This document shows positions 1-12,694 of a stretch of DNA of 64,000 nt, one piece after another. Position numbers and translations under genes: made by a program. The notes under the pieces are model-generated. The model did not search any database. It was not told the origin of the DNA and saw nothing but the letters and a program-made list of their open reading frames with translations. How positions within the stretch are numbered: the first letter of the stretch is position 1; every line of letters begins with the position of its first letter. The stretch is from the human T2T-CHM13v2.0 reference genome, Homo sapiens. Location of the stretch: the NCBI RefSeq assembly GCF_009914755.1, contig NC_060928.1; one strand, written 5' to 3'.

Positions 1-783
1 AACTGGATAGTCACATGCAGAAGAATGAAATTGGATCCTTATATTACACATACACATATATCAATTCAAAATGGATTAAAGACTTAAACATAAGACCTGA
101 AACCATAAAACTACTAGAAAAAGCATAGGGGGAAAGCTCCATGACACTGGTCTTGGCAATGATTTTTTTTTTGGATTTGACACCAAAAGCAAAGGCAACA
201 AGGCAAAACAAGTGGGACTATGTCAAACTAACAAGTTTCTGCACAACTAAGGAAACAACAAAATGAAAAGATGACCTACAAAATGGGAGAAAATATTTAC
301 AGACCATATATCCAAAAAGAGGTTAATTTTCAGAATATATAAGGAATTCATACAACTCAATAACAACAGTAAAAAAGCCCAATTTAAAAATGGGCAAGGT
401 ACAGAATAGGTATTTTTCCAAAGGAAGACATACAAACAGACCAATAGGTATATAAAAAGGTGTTCAATATCACTAAACATCAGGGAAATGCAAAGTAAAA
501 ACCACAATGAGTTATCTCACACCCAGAATGGCCAGTATCAAACTATAACAAGTGTTGGTGAGGATGTGGAGAAAAGGGAATGCTTGCATACGCTGGTGGG
601 AATGTAAATTGGTACAGTCATCTGGGAAAACAGTATGGAGGTTCCTCAAAAAATTAAAAATATAACTGCCAAATGATCCAGCAATTTCACTATTGGGTAT
701 ATATCCAAAGTAAATAATATCACAATCTCAGAGAGATATCTGTACTCCCACGTTCACTGTGGCGTTATTCACAATAGCCATAA
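1..783 (+). mobile_element. Old LINE-1 (L1MA9/L1MB-like), 3' part of ORF2
   Basis: Typical L1 ORF2 3' text (aactggatag..cacatgcagaagaatgaaa; ggtgaggatgtggagaaaagggaa; ttattcacaatagcca); resumes at 1521 and 2030. Confidence 0.9.
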
Positions 784-1520
784 TGTGCTGTTGTGAGTCT
801 GGTTTGTGAGGAACTACACACGATGGCTACAATCTCTGTTCCCTGAGAAGCTGCAGGGGCTAGTCAGAGTCCACACTCCTGAGACTTTTACCTTCCTTCA
901 AGACACAAATAAAAGAGGTCAGATGACAGCTGTCAATAAAAGAGGTCAGATTCCAGGCCCCAGGAATCAGTGACTTTTGGAGACATGCTGGTATATTTCA
1001 CTAAGCAGAATGGGCCAGCCTGATGCCTACTCAGAGGCCCTTGTGCAGGGATGTGATGCAGGAGGGCTCTGAGGCTGTTGGCCTTCCCAATATCACCCAC
1101 TTCCAACCAGCTCTGATCTCTCAGCTAGAGCAAGGCAAAGAGCCATGATCCACCCAGTCACAGGGGGCCCTGAGTAGGAGGAACCGAGAGCAGACTCACA
1201 GGATGCATCTCAAAACCAAGAAGATTTACCTCTCAACTGAAACAATATCACATACAATACAATTTAAAATTCCTCAAAATAATCAGTGCTAGGAAGTCAG
1301 AACAAAGGCTTCATTCTTTTTTCTTTTTTTGTAAAGGCATTCATCAAGTAGTGCAAAGGCTTAATTCTTTACACCTTTAAATACCAGTTTTCAAAGTAAG
1401 GAGGTGATTTAAGAGTCACCTTAAATGATGTCAAATAAGCATTTTCTTCTGTAGATTCACGGATTTCCATAGATTTAATGTTTTCAATTCATTAAAATTA
1501 TGAATTTTGATGTTAAAAAA
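784..1520 (+). pseudogene. KRBOX1: Processed pseudogene of the KRAB-only gene KRBOX1 (or a very close paralog); decayed CDS ~923-1310
   Basis: Manual translation across frameshifts: MTAV..SRPQESVTFGDMLVYFTK/EWASLMPTQRPLCRDVMQEGSEAV..QPALISQLEQGKEP*STQSQGALSRRN..IYLSTETISHTIQFKIPQNNQC*EVRTKA, collinear with recalled KRBOX1. KRAB-A and KRAB-B are joined with no intron; ATTAAA 1491-1496; residual A6 1515-1520. Confidence 0.8.
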
Positions 1521-1625
1521 CAGATGAATGGATAAAAAATCATAATATATATCTATATATTATATATTATATATTTTATATATTATATATAAAATATACA
1601 TTGTATTATATAATAAATATATATC
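1521..1625 (+). repeat. L1 continuation (cagatgaatggataaa) followed by AT-rich low-complexity (TA)n-like tract
   Basis: Direct inspection. Confidence 0.75.
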
Positions 1626-1628
1626 CAC

Positions 1629-2016
1629 TGTATTAGTCTGTTCTCACACTGCTAGAAGACATATCTGAGACTGGGTAAGTTATAGAGAAGAGATATTTAA
1701 GGCTTATAATTCTGCAAGCTGTACAGGTTTCTGCTTCTGGGTAAGCCTTAGGAAACTTACAATCATGGCAGAAGGTGAAGAGGAAGCACGCACCGCCTTC
1801 ACATGGCCAGTAGGAGAGAGAGAGGGAAGGGGGATGTGCTACACACTTTCAAAGGACAACAGCCAGATCTTCTGAGAACTCGCTCACTATCACAAGAAGA
1901 GCAAGGGGGAAATCTGACCGAATGATCCAATCACCTCCCACCAAGTCCCTCCCCCAACACTGGGGATTACAATTCGACATGAGATTTGGGTGGGGACACA
2001 AAGCCAAACCATATCA
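1629..2016 (-). mobile_element. MaLR LTR (MSTA/MSTB-like) inserted in the L1
   Basis: Termini tgtattagtctgttctc ... gccaaaccatatca are the reverse complement of the MST/THE1 LTR ends. Confidence 0.9.
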
Positions 2017-2029
2017 TGCACATACACAC

Positions 2030-2318
2030 ACAACAGAATATTATTCGCCTTAAAAAAGAACATCCTGCCATTTACAACCACGTGGATGAACCTGGAGGAC
2101 ATTATGCTAAGTGAAATAAATCAAACACAGAAAGACGAATACTGCATGATCTCACTAATATATGGAATCTAAAATTTAAAAAGCCAAACTCAGAGTAACA
2201 GAGTAGAATGGTGGTTGCCAGAACCAGTGGGTGGGAGAAAAGGGGAATATTGGTGAAACGGTACAAACTTTCAGTTTATAAGATGAGTAAGTTCTGAAAA
2301 CCTAATGTACAGCATGCA
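2030..2318 (+). mobile_element. L1MA9/L1MB-like ORF2 end and 3'UTR
   Basis: ORF fragment LPFTTTWMNLEDIMLSEINQTQKDEYCMISLIYGI; gagtagaatggtggttgcc. Confidence 0.88.
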
Positions 2319-2319
2319 T

Positions 2320-2660
2320 TTTCTCATCTTGGGTGGTGGGAAGCAGTGTGGTAGTGGTGGCAGCAGCAGAGGCTTCTTCCTCCAACTTCCTAATCCTGGA
2401 TTGCAGCTACGGGTCCATTCTCCAGTCTGTAGAGTATCCAGAGGCAAGGACGCCAACAGCACAAGCTCTAGATTCCAGCACAGCCCCAGCGGTGCCCTCA
2501 GAGATCCCCTTGTGGGTAACCTCTGATTGATTTGGAGTCAAATGTGGCAGTCCACCCTAAAACTGCTGCTTGGCCCTTCTAATAATTCGGTAAGCACCTT
2601 GCATTAAACCTCTTCTAGCTTAAAATACTCAGGGATGTTTCTTTTCCTGACACTGAATAC
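2320..2660 (+). mobile_element. Possible ancient ERVL-type LTR fragment
   Basis: 3' end aataattc.gtaagcacc..cattaaacctcttctagcttaaaatac resembles LTR33/LTR50/LTR67-group ends. Confidence 0.45.
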
Positions 2661-3090
2661 AGTACGTAAAGGTTTCCTAAAGGAAAGGTGGCAGTTGCAC
2701 ACCCTGAGGGATGCCTTGTGATGTCCTCTCATTTGTTCCCTTCCAGCATATTGCAACACACTGCAGCTTACAGGTGCCCAACTAAGTAGATTTACAGATC
2801 TCATCTGAATTGCGATAGCACTCACAAACGCACAAATGGATTCTTAAAAGATTTTTCCAAAGAAGGACAGATTACGCATAATATTAATACATCAAAATAC
2901 AAGCAAACAAAACGAAAATCGTAGCACTGGCAGTTGCTCTGTTACCAATATTAGTGCTTTATCAAAAATATAAGGTAAAAAAGTGATTATTTTGTAAAAC
3001 ATAAAACTTTCAGAAGAAAACAGAGGCGAAAATCTTCAGGACCTAGGACTTGGTGAAGAGTCCATAGACTTGACACAAAAAGTACCATTC

Positions 3091-3373
3091 AGCCGGTTGC
3101 AGTAGCTCACGCCTGTAATCCCAGCACTCTGGAAGGCTGAGGTAGGCAGATAACAAGGTCAGGAGTTTGAGACTAGCCTGACCAACATGGTGAAACCCTG
3201 TCTCTACTAAAAATACAAAAATTAGCCGGGTGTGGTGGCGGGCGCCTGTAATCCCAGCTACTCAGAAGGCTAGGGTAGGAGAATCACTTGAACCCAGGAG
3301 GTGGATGTTGAGTGCGCCATTGCACTCCAGCCTGGGTGACACAGCGAGTCTCTGTCTCAAAGAAAAAAAAAAA
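3091..3373 (+). mobile_element. Alu (S lineage)
   Basis: Dimeric Alu, A tail, TSD-like aaaagtaccattc/aaaggtacaattc. Confidence 0.95.
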
Positions 3374-3416
3374 GGTACAATTCATAGAACAAAAAAATTG
3401 ATTAAATGCATTATAT

Positions 3417-3716
3417 GGCTCGGCACAGTGGCTCATGCCTGTAATCCCAACACTTTGCAAGGCTGAGGCAGGAAGACTGCTTGAGGCCAGGAGTTCAAGA
3501 CCAGCCTGGACAACACAGCGACGCCCTGTCTTTACCAAAAACAAAAACAAAATTAGCTGGGCATGGTGGTGGTGCAGGCCTGTAGTCTCAGCTACTCTGG
3601 AGGCTGAGATGGGAGGATCACTTGACAGGTGGTAGAGGTTGCAGTGAACCATGATTGCACCACTGCACTCCAGCCTGAGTAACAGAATGAGACCCTGTCT
3701 CAAAAAAAATAAATAA
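3417..3716 (+). mobile_element. Alu (J lineage)
   Basis: Dimeric Alu with gagaccctgtctc end. Confidence 0.95.
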
Positions 3717-4990
3717 CAGACGGACTATATGAAAAGGCAAACGTTCTGTTCTATGAAAGATCTATTAAGAGGATAAAAAGACAAGCTTCAGATGCAGAGA
3801 AAATGTTTACATACCACATAACTGGCAAAGAACTTCTATCTAGAATATATAAAGAATCCTCAAAACTCTACAATAAAAAACAATCCCATTTGCCCCTTAG
3901 GGAAACAGTTAATTTAGGGAAAGGCATATTAAAACCACAACATTATCAATACAATACTACTAGAACAGTTAAAATATAAAATAATGATAATACGAAATGT
4001 TGGAGAGGATATAGAGAAACTTTCATATCGATGAAATGGAACTTTCCATATATTGCTGGTGAAAACATACAGCCACTTTGGAAAACAGTCTGGTAGTTTC
4101 TTATAAAACTAAACATACACTTACAGTATGACCCAGTAATTGCACTCTTGGTCATTTATCCCAGAGAAATGAAAACCTAAAAACTGCACATAAATATTCC
4201 CAGCAGCTTTTTAGTTAACAGCCAAAACCTGGAAATAGCTCCTATGTTCTTCAGCAGGTGAAGAGTTAAACTATGTACTCTGCTACGTTCATACAATAAA
4301 TACTACTCAGCAATAAGAAGAAATAAGCTATTGAGTGAGACAGGTTGGATGGTTTTCTAGGACTTTATACTAAGTGAAAAAGTCAATCGCAAAAGGTTAC
4401 ATACAGTATGATTCCATTTATGAGACATTCTCAAAATGATAGAGTGAAAAGAGAATTAGTGGCTGCCAGTAAATACGGAAAAGGAGGTAGGGGGGAACCT
4501 TGAGCTTCACGAGGGAGTTTCTTGGCAGTGGTGGGACAGTTCTATATCTTGACTGTGGTGGTGGCAGTTATACAAATCTACCTGTACATACACATACAAA
4601 GGCATATACAAGAATTTTATCAAATTGCATAGAACTGTACACACGCATATACATACAAATGAGCACATTAAAGAACATGAAATCTGAATATTAACGATAT
4701 TGTATCAGTTTCCTAGTTAAGGTTATTAATATGTTATCTTATGTAAGATGTTACAACTGGGAGAAGCTGAATGAAGGTGACACAGGACTCCCTGTACTAT
4801 TCTCGCAACTTCCCATGAGTCTATAAATACTTCAAAATTTAAAAAAAAATGTTTAAGTGATGATATTCAATCACATTTTTCTTATTTTACAAATTACTAA
4901 TATTTTAAGTAGGATCAAAAACATGGAACTAATATATTTTAAATTATTTGAAAATGTTTTTCATCCTTATCACATTTTTTTGTTAATGTC

Positions 4991-5302
<312 letters not shown>

Positions 5303-6881
5303 GTTAATGTCTTATTATGAACATAATTTATAGTATATAGTTTACAATAAATAAGCATACACATATTGGGAATGAAGACTCAATTTTTTATACTGCTGAA
5401 ATAAAATTTTTGCAGACTTCTGTTACAGAGGCTACAAAATTCCAAGCTACTATCCCTCCCTTAAAATTTTTACCTTGGGAAGAACATTAGAACAGGAAAA
5501 ATGTTAGAACAGGAAAAATACTAAACTAAGAATCAAAGCACAGTTCTTTTTTTGTTTGTTTTTTGTTATTTCCTTTCAAATCTACATCTGCAGAAAAAGA
5601 ACAATTCTAAACAAGTCACAGTCTCATTCTCATCTATAAAATGCAGAAATTCTACTGTATCATTCCTAAGGACATTCTAGCTCCAAAAACATTAACTCTA
5701 AGGCAGGAAAAGGTGAAACAATGAAAAAATGCATGACAAACTGTAACTAGTATTTACTGAAAGTATATTAAGGGTTCAGTAGTATCAGGAATATTACATA
5801 CAAGACATGGTCTAAATTGTATCAACACAAATACAGAAAAATGCATCTATAAAGATAATTTTACCTCAAAGAAAACAGATTAAGATCCAGTTTAAACAAA
5901 AATATTTAGGTAACAGACACATCTGGCTATTTTACAAGCAATCTCATAGTGCTTTAAGACTTTTAATATCTGCTCTTTGACTTACATTGTAACAATATAC
6001 CAGTAGATCTAAGTATCCTAGTATACATGCTTAGGGTTTTGATGGTTCTTACAAGAAGTAGACTAGCAAGTCATTCTAACAGGAAAAACAGTTCTTCTCC
6101 ATCCACTTGAGTTAGACTTAACAAGACAATTTTTAGAGGTTTATTATTCAGAGGAAGTTAAACATCCACAGGGTAGCATCTACCATCCTGTTATACCATC
6201 CTCGGCTATCCAGAAGCATCACTTAGCCAAAACAGAGTCAAAAACCAGAAAAAAAGCACGAGTCCTCTAAGCAGTAAAAAACAACAAGTCCCTAGCACTA
6301 AAGCTCCATGCACAGAAAGTCTTCTGGTTCCTCACCCAGAAGAACATGCTGTCATTTTTATCCACCATTCAGCAAGTACTGTATGGGGTTCTGTTCCCAC
6401 AGCACACTGAAAACATCAAATTATAAAGAGGAGACTACTATGGGCAGGCATAATGAGAGCAAACAAAGAGATAACAGTTAACAATAAAGTAATAAGCAAA
6501 TCAACCCCCAAAAGCAGACATGATTTAGAAAGGAATGGTTTCACCAACAAACAAAATATGATTCTCTGTACATTGCTGGCTGAGGACACTAATTGGCTAG
6601 AGTTCCTTTTGCAAATAAATTGTTGTGAGTTCACTGACATCCCAGACATACGAATGTCACTAAATCTATTGACTACTTAATAAGTAAGGTATAAGTATTA
6701 ATAATGTATATGTACCATCTTTTAAGGTGGAAGGATGCAGATTATATTTTGAGAATTTTTTGTAATTGTTTCCATTAACTATACTTTACACTTCTACAGG
6801 CTAGCAAGTCTTTGTCTTTTTAAGATTATTTTGAACCTCTATTTTTGATAGTAATTCACTTGATAGTCACATGAGACCTGC

Positions 6882-6970
6882 CGGTAAAGGCCACAGTGAG
6901 CCGTGATTGCACCACTGCACTCCAGCCTGGGCAACAGAGCAAGACTCTGTGTCAAAAAAATAAATAAATA
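6882..6970 (+). mobile_element. Alu right-arm 3' fragment (part of a local duplication)
   Basis: cagtgagccgtgattgcaccactgcactccagcctggg...A tail. Confidence 0.9.
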
Positions 6971-8220
6971 CCTTTCTAAACTTGGATCTACATACATCAA
7001 GGGATGATGTACTTGAATCTACTCATACTATTTATACACATTGAGAGGGATCAAGTTACACAGGAATGTACATTTATTAAGATGCACATTCATCAAACTA
7101 ATATTTTTAACCAGTATTATAGATGGCATAACCCATCTTAAGTTTTAAAATGGAAAAATAAAATTACAAATTATCTTTCCAGCATTCTTTACTATTGAAC
7201 TAAATTAAATCACATCTGAAGCTTACCCTGAAATGAAGAGACCTACCAAAAAAAAAAAAAAAAAAAAAAAAAGCAGAACAAAACAAGAATTCTGAGAAGT
7301 GGAAATACTACACTGAAATCCATTCAGGCAACAAAGAACACGTGAGTGGTTTATATCCTAAAAAGCAAGGCTGCACTGCAGTAAGTAAACAAACTAATGT
7401 TCCTTTTTCATCAACTTTCAGATGCTTTTAACAACAACAACACTTTTAACCTTTCTGAAGTATGGACGCTGAAATAGAGGTGTATCTTACAACTACTGTC
7501 ATCCAACAGTGGGATGTCGTTGGTGAAAACGTTCAGTTGATTCCTCCTGGAAAGATCAAGGAAGCACCAGCATCAAAGTGTCTTACATTTGATCAAAAAT
7601 AGTCACTCAAAATAGTCTTAAAAAGACAAAGAAATGATCAGAAGCCTGTAAAAGTATAATCAACAGAGACAACTACAAAAAATTCTCAAAATGTAAACTG
7701 CATCCTCCTACCTTAAAATATGGTACATATAAATTACTTATCACACTACTTAGCAAGTAGTCAACAGATTATCTATCATTATTATTATAAGACGCAAGAT
7801 AAAGACTAGTAGAGCTGATGAAAATATCTGTGATCATAGTGATCAGCCAATCAATAAGCACTTATTAAGGGTCTACCAAGTCACTAGCAATATGCAAGAG
7901 TAATGCAAATCCATCATGATCAATCTACGAAGCACTATTTTTTTAACCAGTAAGGGGCAAATGTCACATCACATTCATCAACGATTAGAACTAAGTACTT
8001 TTAACTTCCTTTAAAGTATTGCCCTTTATTTGAGTCCAGTCTGCAGAACTCGAAACCTAAATTGTTTACTTGAAAAGAGTCATCAAATGATTATGTTAGT
8101 ATAAGGAAGTGTTACCAGAATGAGTCTAATGGTTTTCATAGGGGAAAAAAAAAATTTCCTATTATTCTCCAGGCTTAGGTAGAATAATGATGGGTTAAAT
8201 TTTCTCTTAAAACCTTTCTA

Positions 8221-8510
8221 CGGTGGCTCACACCTGTAATCCCAGCACTTTGGGAGGCCAAGGCAGGCAGATAGCTTCAGCCTAGGAGTTCAAGATCAGC
8301 CTAGGCAACATGGCAAGATCCTCTTTCTACAAAAAATAGCTGGGTGTGGTGGCACATGCCTGTGGTTCCAGCTACTCACGGGGCTGAGGTGAGAGGATCA
8401 CTTGAGCCCAGCTGGTGGAGGCTACAGTGGAAACTGTAGCTGTGACTGCACCACTGCACTCCAGCCTGGGAAACAGAGTGAGACTCTGTATCAAATAAAT
8501 ACATAAATAA
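8221..8510 (+). mobile_element. Alu (J lineage)
   Basis: Slightly 5'-truncated Alu; TSD acctttcta on both sides. Confidence 0.95.
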
Positions 8511-8639
8511 GTACCTTTCTAAACTTGGAGCTACCCACATCAAGGAATGATGTACTTGAATCTATTTACAGTACTTACACACATTGAGAGGGATCAAGTT
8601 ACGCAGGAATGTACATTTAATAAAATGTTATTTTTTATT

Positions 8640-8860
8640 TATATAGAATGTCCAAAATAGGCAAATATAGAAACAAAGAATATGGATCAGTGGTTGCCTA
8701 GGGCTGGGGATGGGGTGGGGATGGGATGAAAAAGTTCTAAAATTAATTGAGGTTATGGTATACAACTCTGAAATAGAATAAAAACCACTGAATTGTACAT
8801 TTTTAATAGGTAAATTATATGGCATACGAATTATATTTCAAAAAAGCTGTCACTTTAAAA
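8640..8860 (+). mobile_element. L1MB/L1ME 3'UTR fragment
   Basis: agtggttgcctagggctgggg..aaaagttctaaaatt..aaaaaccactgaattgtac. Confidence 0.75.
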
Positions 8861-9114
8861 TTTTAACTCTTCACAAAACTTAACATATCAAAACTGCTGC
8901 ATTATGGTCAAATTCCACAGGAACTACTACCCCTCTGTCAGATATTATTCCTGGCCCAGTCAACACACCATCACTGACAGTGTTACATGGTCCCTTTCTT
9001 AACACTCCAATCTTTCCCCCACAAATATAAAGACTGAATGGGAAAAGGAGGGTGGTAGGGGGATCTATTTTGTCAAAGTTAAAAATATTTCACACTGAAT
9101 TTTAATACAAATAA

Positions 9115-9412
9115 TTTTTTTTTTTTTTTTGGAGAAGGAATCTTGCTCTGTCACCTAGGCTGGAGCACAGTGGCGTGATCTCGGCTCACTGCAACTTCCG
9201 CCTCCTGGGTTCAAGCGATTCTCTTGCCTCAGACTCCAGAGTACCTGGGACTACAGGCATGTGCCACCACACCCGGCTAATTTTTTTGTATTTTAAGTAG
9301 AGACAGGGTTTCACTATGTTGGCCAGGCTGGTCTCGAACTCCTATCCTCAGTGATCCGCCCACCTCAGTCTCCGAGTGCTGGGATTACAGGCGTGAGCCA
9401 CCGCGTCCAGCC
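9115..9412 (-). mobile_element. Alu (S lineage)
   Basis: Reverse dimeric Alu with poly(T). Confidence 0.95.
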
Positions 9413-10713
9413 AATGATTTTTCAAAATAATATTTTTCGTAACAAAAAGCACAAATCCTGGTAAAGACATGTATTTATTATAGCATTTTGAGCTTAAAAG
9501 AATGTATTACTACTATGTCAGCAAAATATGAGTTATTTGCTAGGATACCCATGTAGTCTCATAATGATATTCTTTGAAATGCACGATACCTGTAAAGTAT
9601 AAGGAAAGACACAATTACGTTTGCAGAATTTCAGAAATATTTCGCCCCACAGGAACAGCAGTGTTTGCAATCCCAAAAAACAACTCTAAGCTAACAAGTT
9701 TAATTCAAGAGGTTCCATGGACCTTAACCCACCTCCTGTGGAAGCCCAGGTTTGTGTGCTAGGCTATTTTGGAAGAGGCTATGCCGAAAAATAAACAAAT
9801 GAGTGAATAATAAGTTCACCAAAGGGTGCACTTCATCTAAGCTACCTTTAATCCACATGTTCCACTCCGCACTGGTCTATTTAAGGTTCCTGCTCAGAGG
9901 AGCTCATAACTTGTGACAGATACAAACTTAATCTTACCCTCAATGCCTAGCATGGTACACACTATAGATGCAGTTCTCAAAAGTCTGCTAAATGAAAGAT
10001 TTTTTTTTCAGCTGATTAGGCCGCCTGGCTGCTTACAGCTGGGTTTTCTATTTAGGATCCTTTGGAAACCCTTTCTGCCCTCTGGGGTAGCTTAAAGAAG
10101 GACGTGGAACAACAGACTCTTCTCACCTACTTCACCAGCCTAAACTGTAGCCCGCTTTTTATAATTAGCAACTTAACGTTTGAGTGATTCCACCATGAAC
10201 AAATCTACATTTCTCCTTGGGCTACTATGAGGAGTGCCCGCTGGGAGTCTCAAAGCAATTTTTAATCCTCTCTCTCTTGAGAAGAATAATCAAGAAATAA
10301 GAAGAAATTAAAGTATGTACTCCAAAAATATTCTGGGGTAAAGGCAGATAAACTGTTCAGGCACACAGGTTTTGATCAATTTTTGCAGAGTATGAAGTCT
10401 ACATTTTGAACACAAACATACTAGTGGCAGCTTTGTATCCTAAGAAAAGGTAAAAGGAACCAGAATTGCCAGAATTACTAGGCCTGGAGAAATTATTTTT
10501 AAAGATAAGTATATAAAAAATGATTAGTTTTCCCCACTCCCAATAAATGTAATTTACTAACTAAAATTTGCAAGCATGAGAGACAGTTTAAGACAGTCCT
10601 ATACAGAGGTTAAAAAAAAAAAGAAAAAGAAAAAAAGGAAAAAAAAAACCTGAAAGAATAAACAACCACTAACAATGTTACAATGTGATAGGAGCAGTGT
10701 TACGTGACACTTT

Positions 10714-10855
10714 TCGTTTCTTTTTTTTTTTTTTAAATAGAGTCAGAGTCTCCCTTTGTTGCCCATACTGCTCTTTAACTCCTGGGCTCAAGCCATCTTC
10801 CCGCCTCAGCCTCCCAAAGTCCTGGGATTACAGGCATGAGCCACCATACCCAGCC
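10714..10855 (-). mobile_element. FLAM-type Alu monomer
   Basis: Single left arm with poly(T). Confidence 0.88.
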
Positions 10856-12472
10856 ACTTTTAATTTTGAAATTATGCATTTCTTTCATATTAATATTTTA
10901 CAACAAGCATGTGAAACTTTGATAAGCAAAAACTTTTTCTCCTTTAAACATAAATACACACTTTCCAAACCCAAATAAAACTAAATTTAAACTTCTTTAC
11001 AGTAAGTGATTTTCTAGAATACTGGTGGGCTATTAAAACTGCCCAAGTACTTTAGGCAACAGTAAAAATGAAAGGGCTCTAACTTCTGTTAATTTTAGCA
11101 AACTCCACAATCTAATAAAAGAAATATACACACAGCCATACTGTAAGTCAGACCATGGCTTGTACTGTAAGAGGATTTTACAGGAGCAAAAACAAAGAAC
11201 AATCACCTGGGATTAGGAGAACAGAGGAAGAGCTTGCAGACAAGGTGACATCTGAGCAGGGCCAGATGGATGATCCCTGTCACTATGTAACAATAGTTGA
11301 AATTCAGAGCACATACTCTGTCTCCCCAAAATATTTTATACATAAAAATAGCTCGAGTAGACAACATATACCTAGTCTACCCCCAAAACTACTTTATTAA
11401 AAAATGTATTTAAAAATATATTTTCTAAAATCTGCTAAAGCCATGAAAACTTGTCCACTTCAATCATTTCAATTACATGAATCCTGTGTCACTGTTACTT
11501 TGTACTTGTTACTGCACTGACATACTCACTGTCCTTTTCCTAAGAATCGTAATTTTGCATCTTCTCATTAAACTGTATACATCTGATTTGCTGGCTCTGG
11601 GTCTAATTTAAAAAAAAAACAAAAACTATTTAGAGCAAGACTGTCATCCAGTTCTACTTTATCTCCATAAATACTCTGTCATCGGTTTCTACTTTACATA
11701 ATACCCTTTAAATAAAAGTATACTCAACAGATCTTATTGACACATAAAACCTAGTCCTGAATAATTGTGAATAATTGTGACAATGTGTTCACCATCACAA
11801 AAGATGTCTGTGGAACAGATATTATAAACAAATCACAATTTTGTACACAGAACAAAGAACCTCTAGATTGACATATCTTCCCCCAACAGTAAGCCAATTG
11901 CTGGCCTTTAGTATAAAATGTTCAGAAAGGTGTTTATTTAAAAAATTAAATAACTCAAGCGGCCTTTACAGGACATTATCTTTTTCTGTCACAAAGACCT
12001 AAAATAAGACATTTATTGGGTACTAAAAAGGTCCGAGGTGATACAGTGAATCTGCACAGAAATGGAGGATAATTCTGGCTCCCAAGGATCTCAAGAAACA
12101 GTTCATAACTCAAGAAATGTGTGCATATAAAACAATGTGTTTAAAACAATGTAGAAAGCACAAAAGAGGAAAAAGTCTTTTTCAGGAAATACAGTCTAGA
12201 TATTTCAAAGATAATTATTTCTGAATGTTTTATTCATATGTTCTCTTCTAAAAGTTGAGAAATTCTTTTATTGTTTAAATAAATTGGTAAGTAAACAAAG
12301 ACAGACATTTAAAAACTTGGTTTAACCGTCTCCTTTTATTATGAGATGGGAAGGAAGATTATGCCTAGCTGCTTGCCTGACATCCTTATCACAGAAATGG
12401 ATCAAAGAAAAAAACAAAAAAGAAGAAATATTAGGTGAAACAATGCCAGATACCATCAAGATTACTACAAAC

Positions 12473-12694
12473 GGCCAAGCACGGTGGCTCAGCCTGTAAT
12501 CCCAGCACTTTGAGAGGCCAAAGCAGAAGGATCGCTTGAGGCCAGGAGTTGGAGACCAGCCGTCTATACGAAAAATTAAAAAGTGAGACCACCATCTCTA
12601 CAAAAAATAAAAATTTTAGCTAGGCGCACTCGTGCCCACCTGTAGTCCCGGCTACTACGGAGCCTGGGGTGGGAGGATCACTTGAACCCAAAGA
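12473..12694 (+). mobile_element. Alu (J lineage), 3'-truncated
   Basis: Left arm and part of right arm; stops at cttgaaccca. Confidence 0.9.

Larger units (their letters stand above)
2995..4850 (+). mobile_element. Old L1 (L1MC/L1MD/L1ME-like) 3' fragment interrupted by two Alus
   Basis: ataaaactttcagaagaaaac; cagccactttggaaaacagtctggtagtttc; tacagtatgattccatttatatg; A-rich end at 4850. Confidence 0.82.

Noticed and set aside
5482-5519. Short tandem duplications (also 11758-11780, 36601-36633, 47503-47537, 23320-23380, 61710-61760)
   Set aside because: Ordinary slippage products with no further signal
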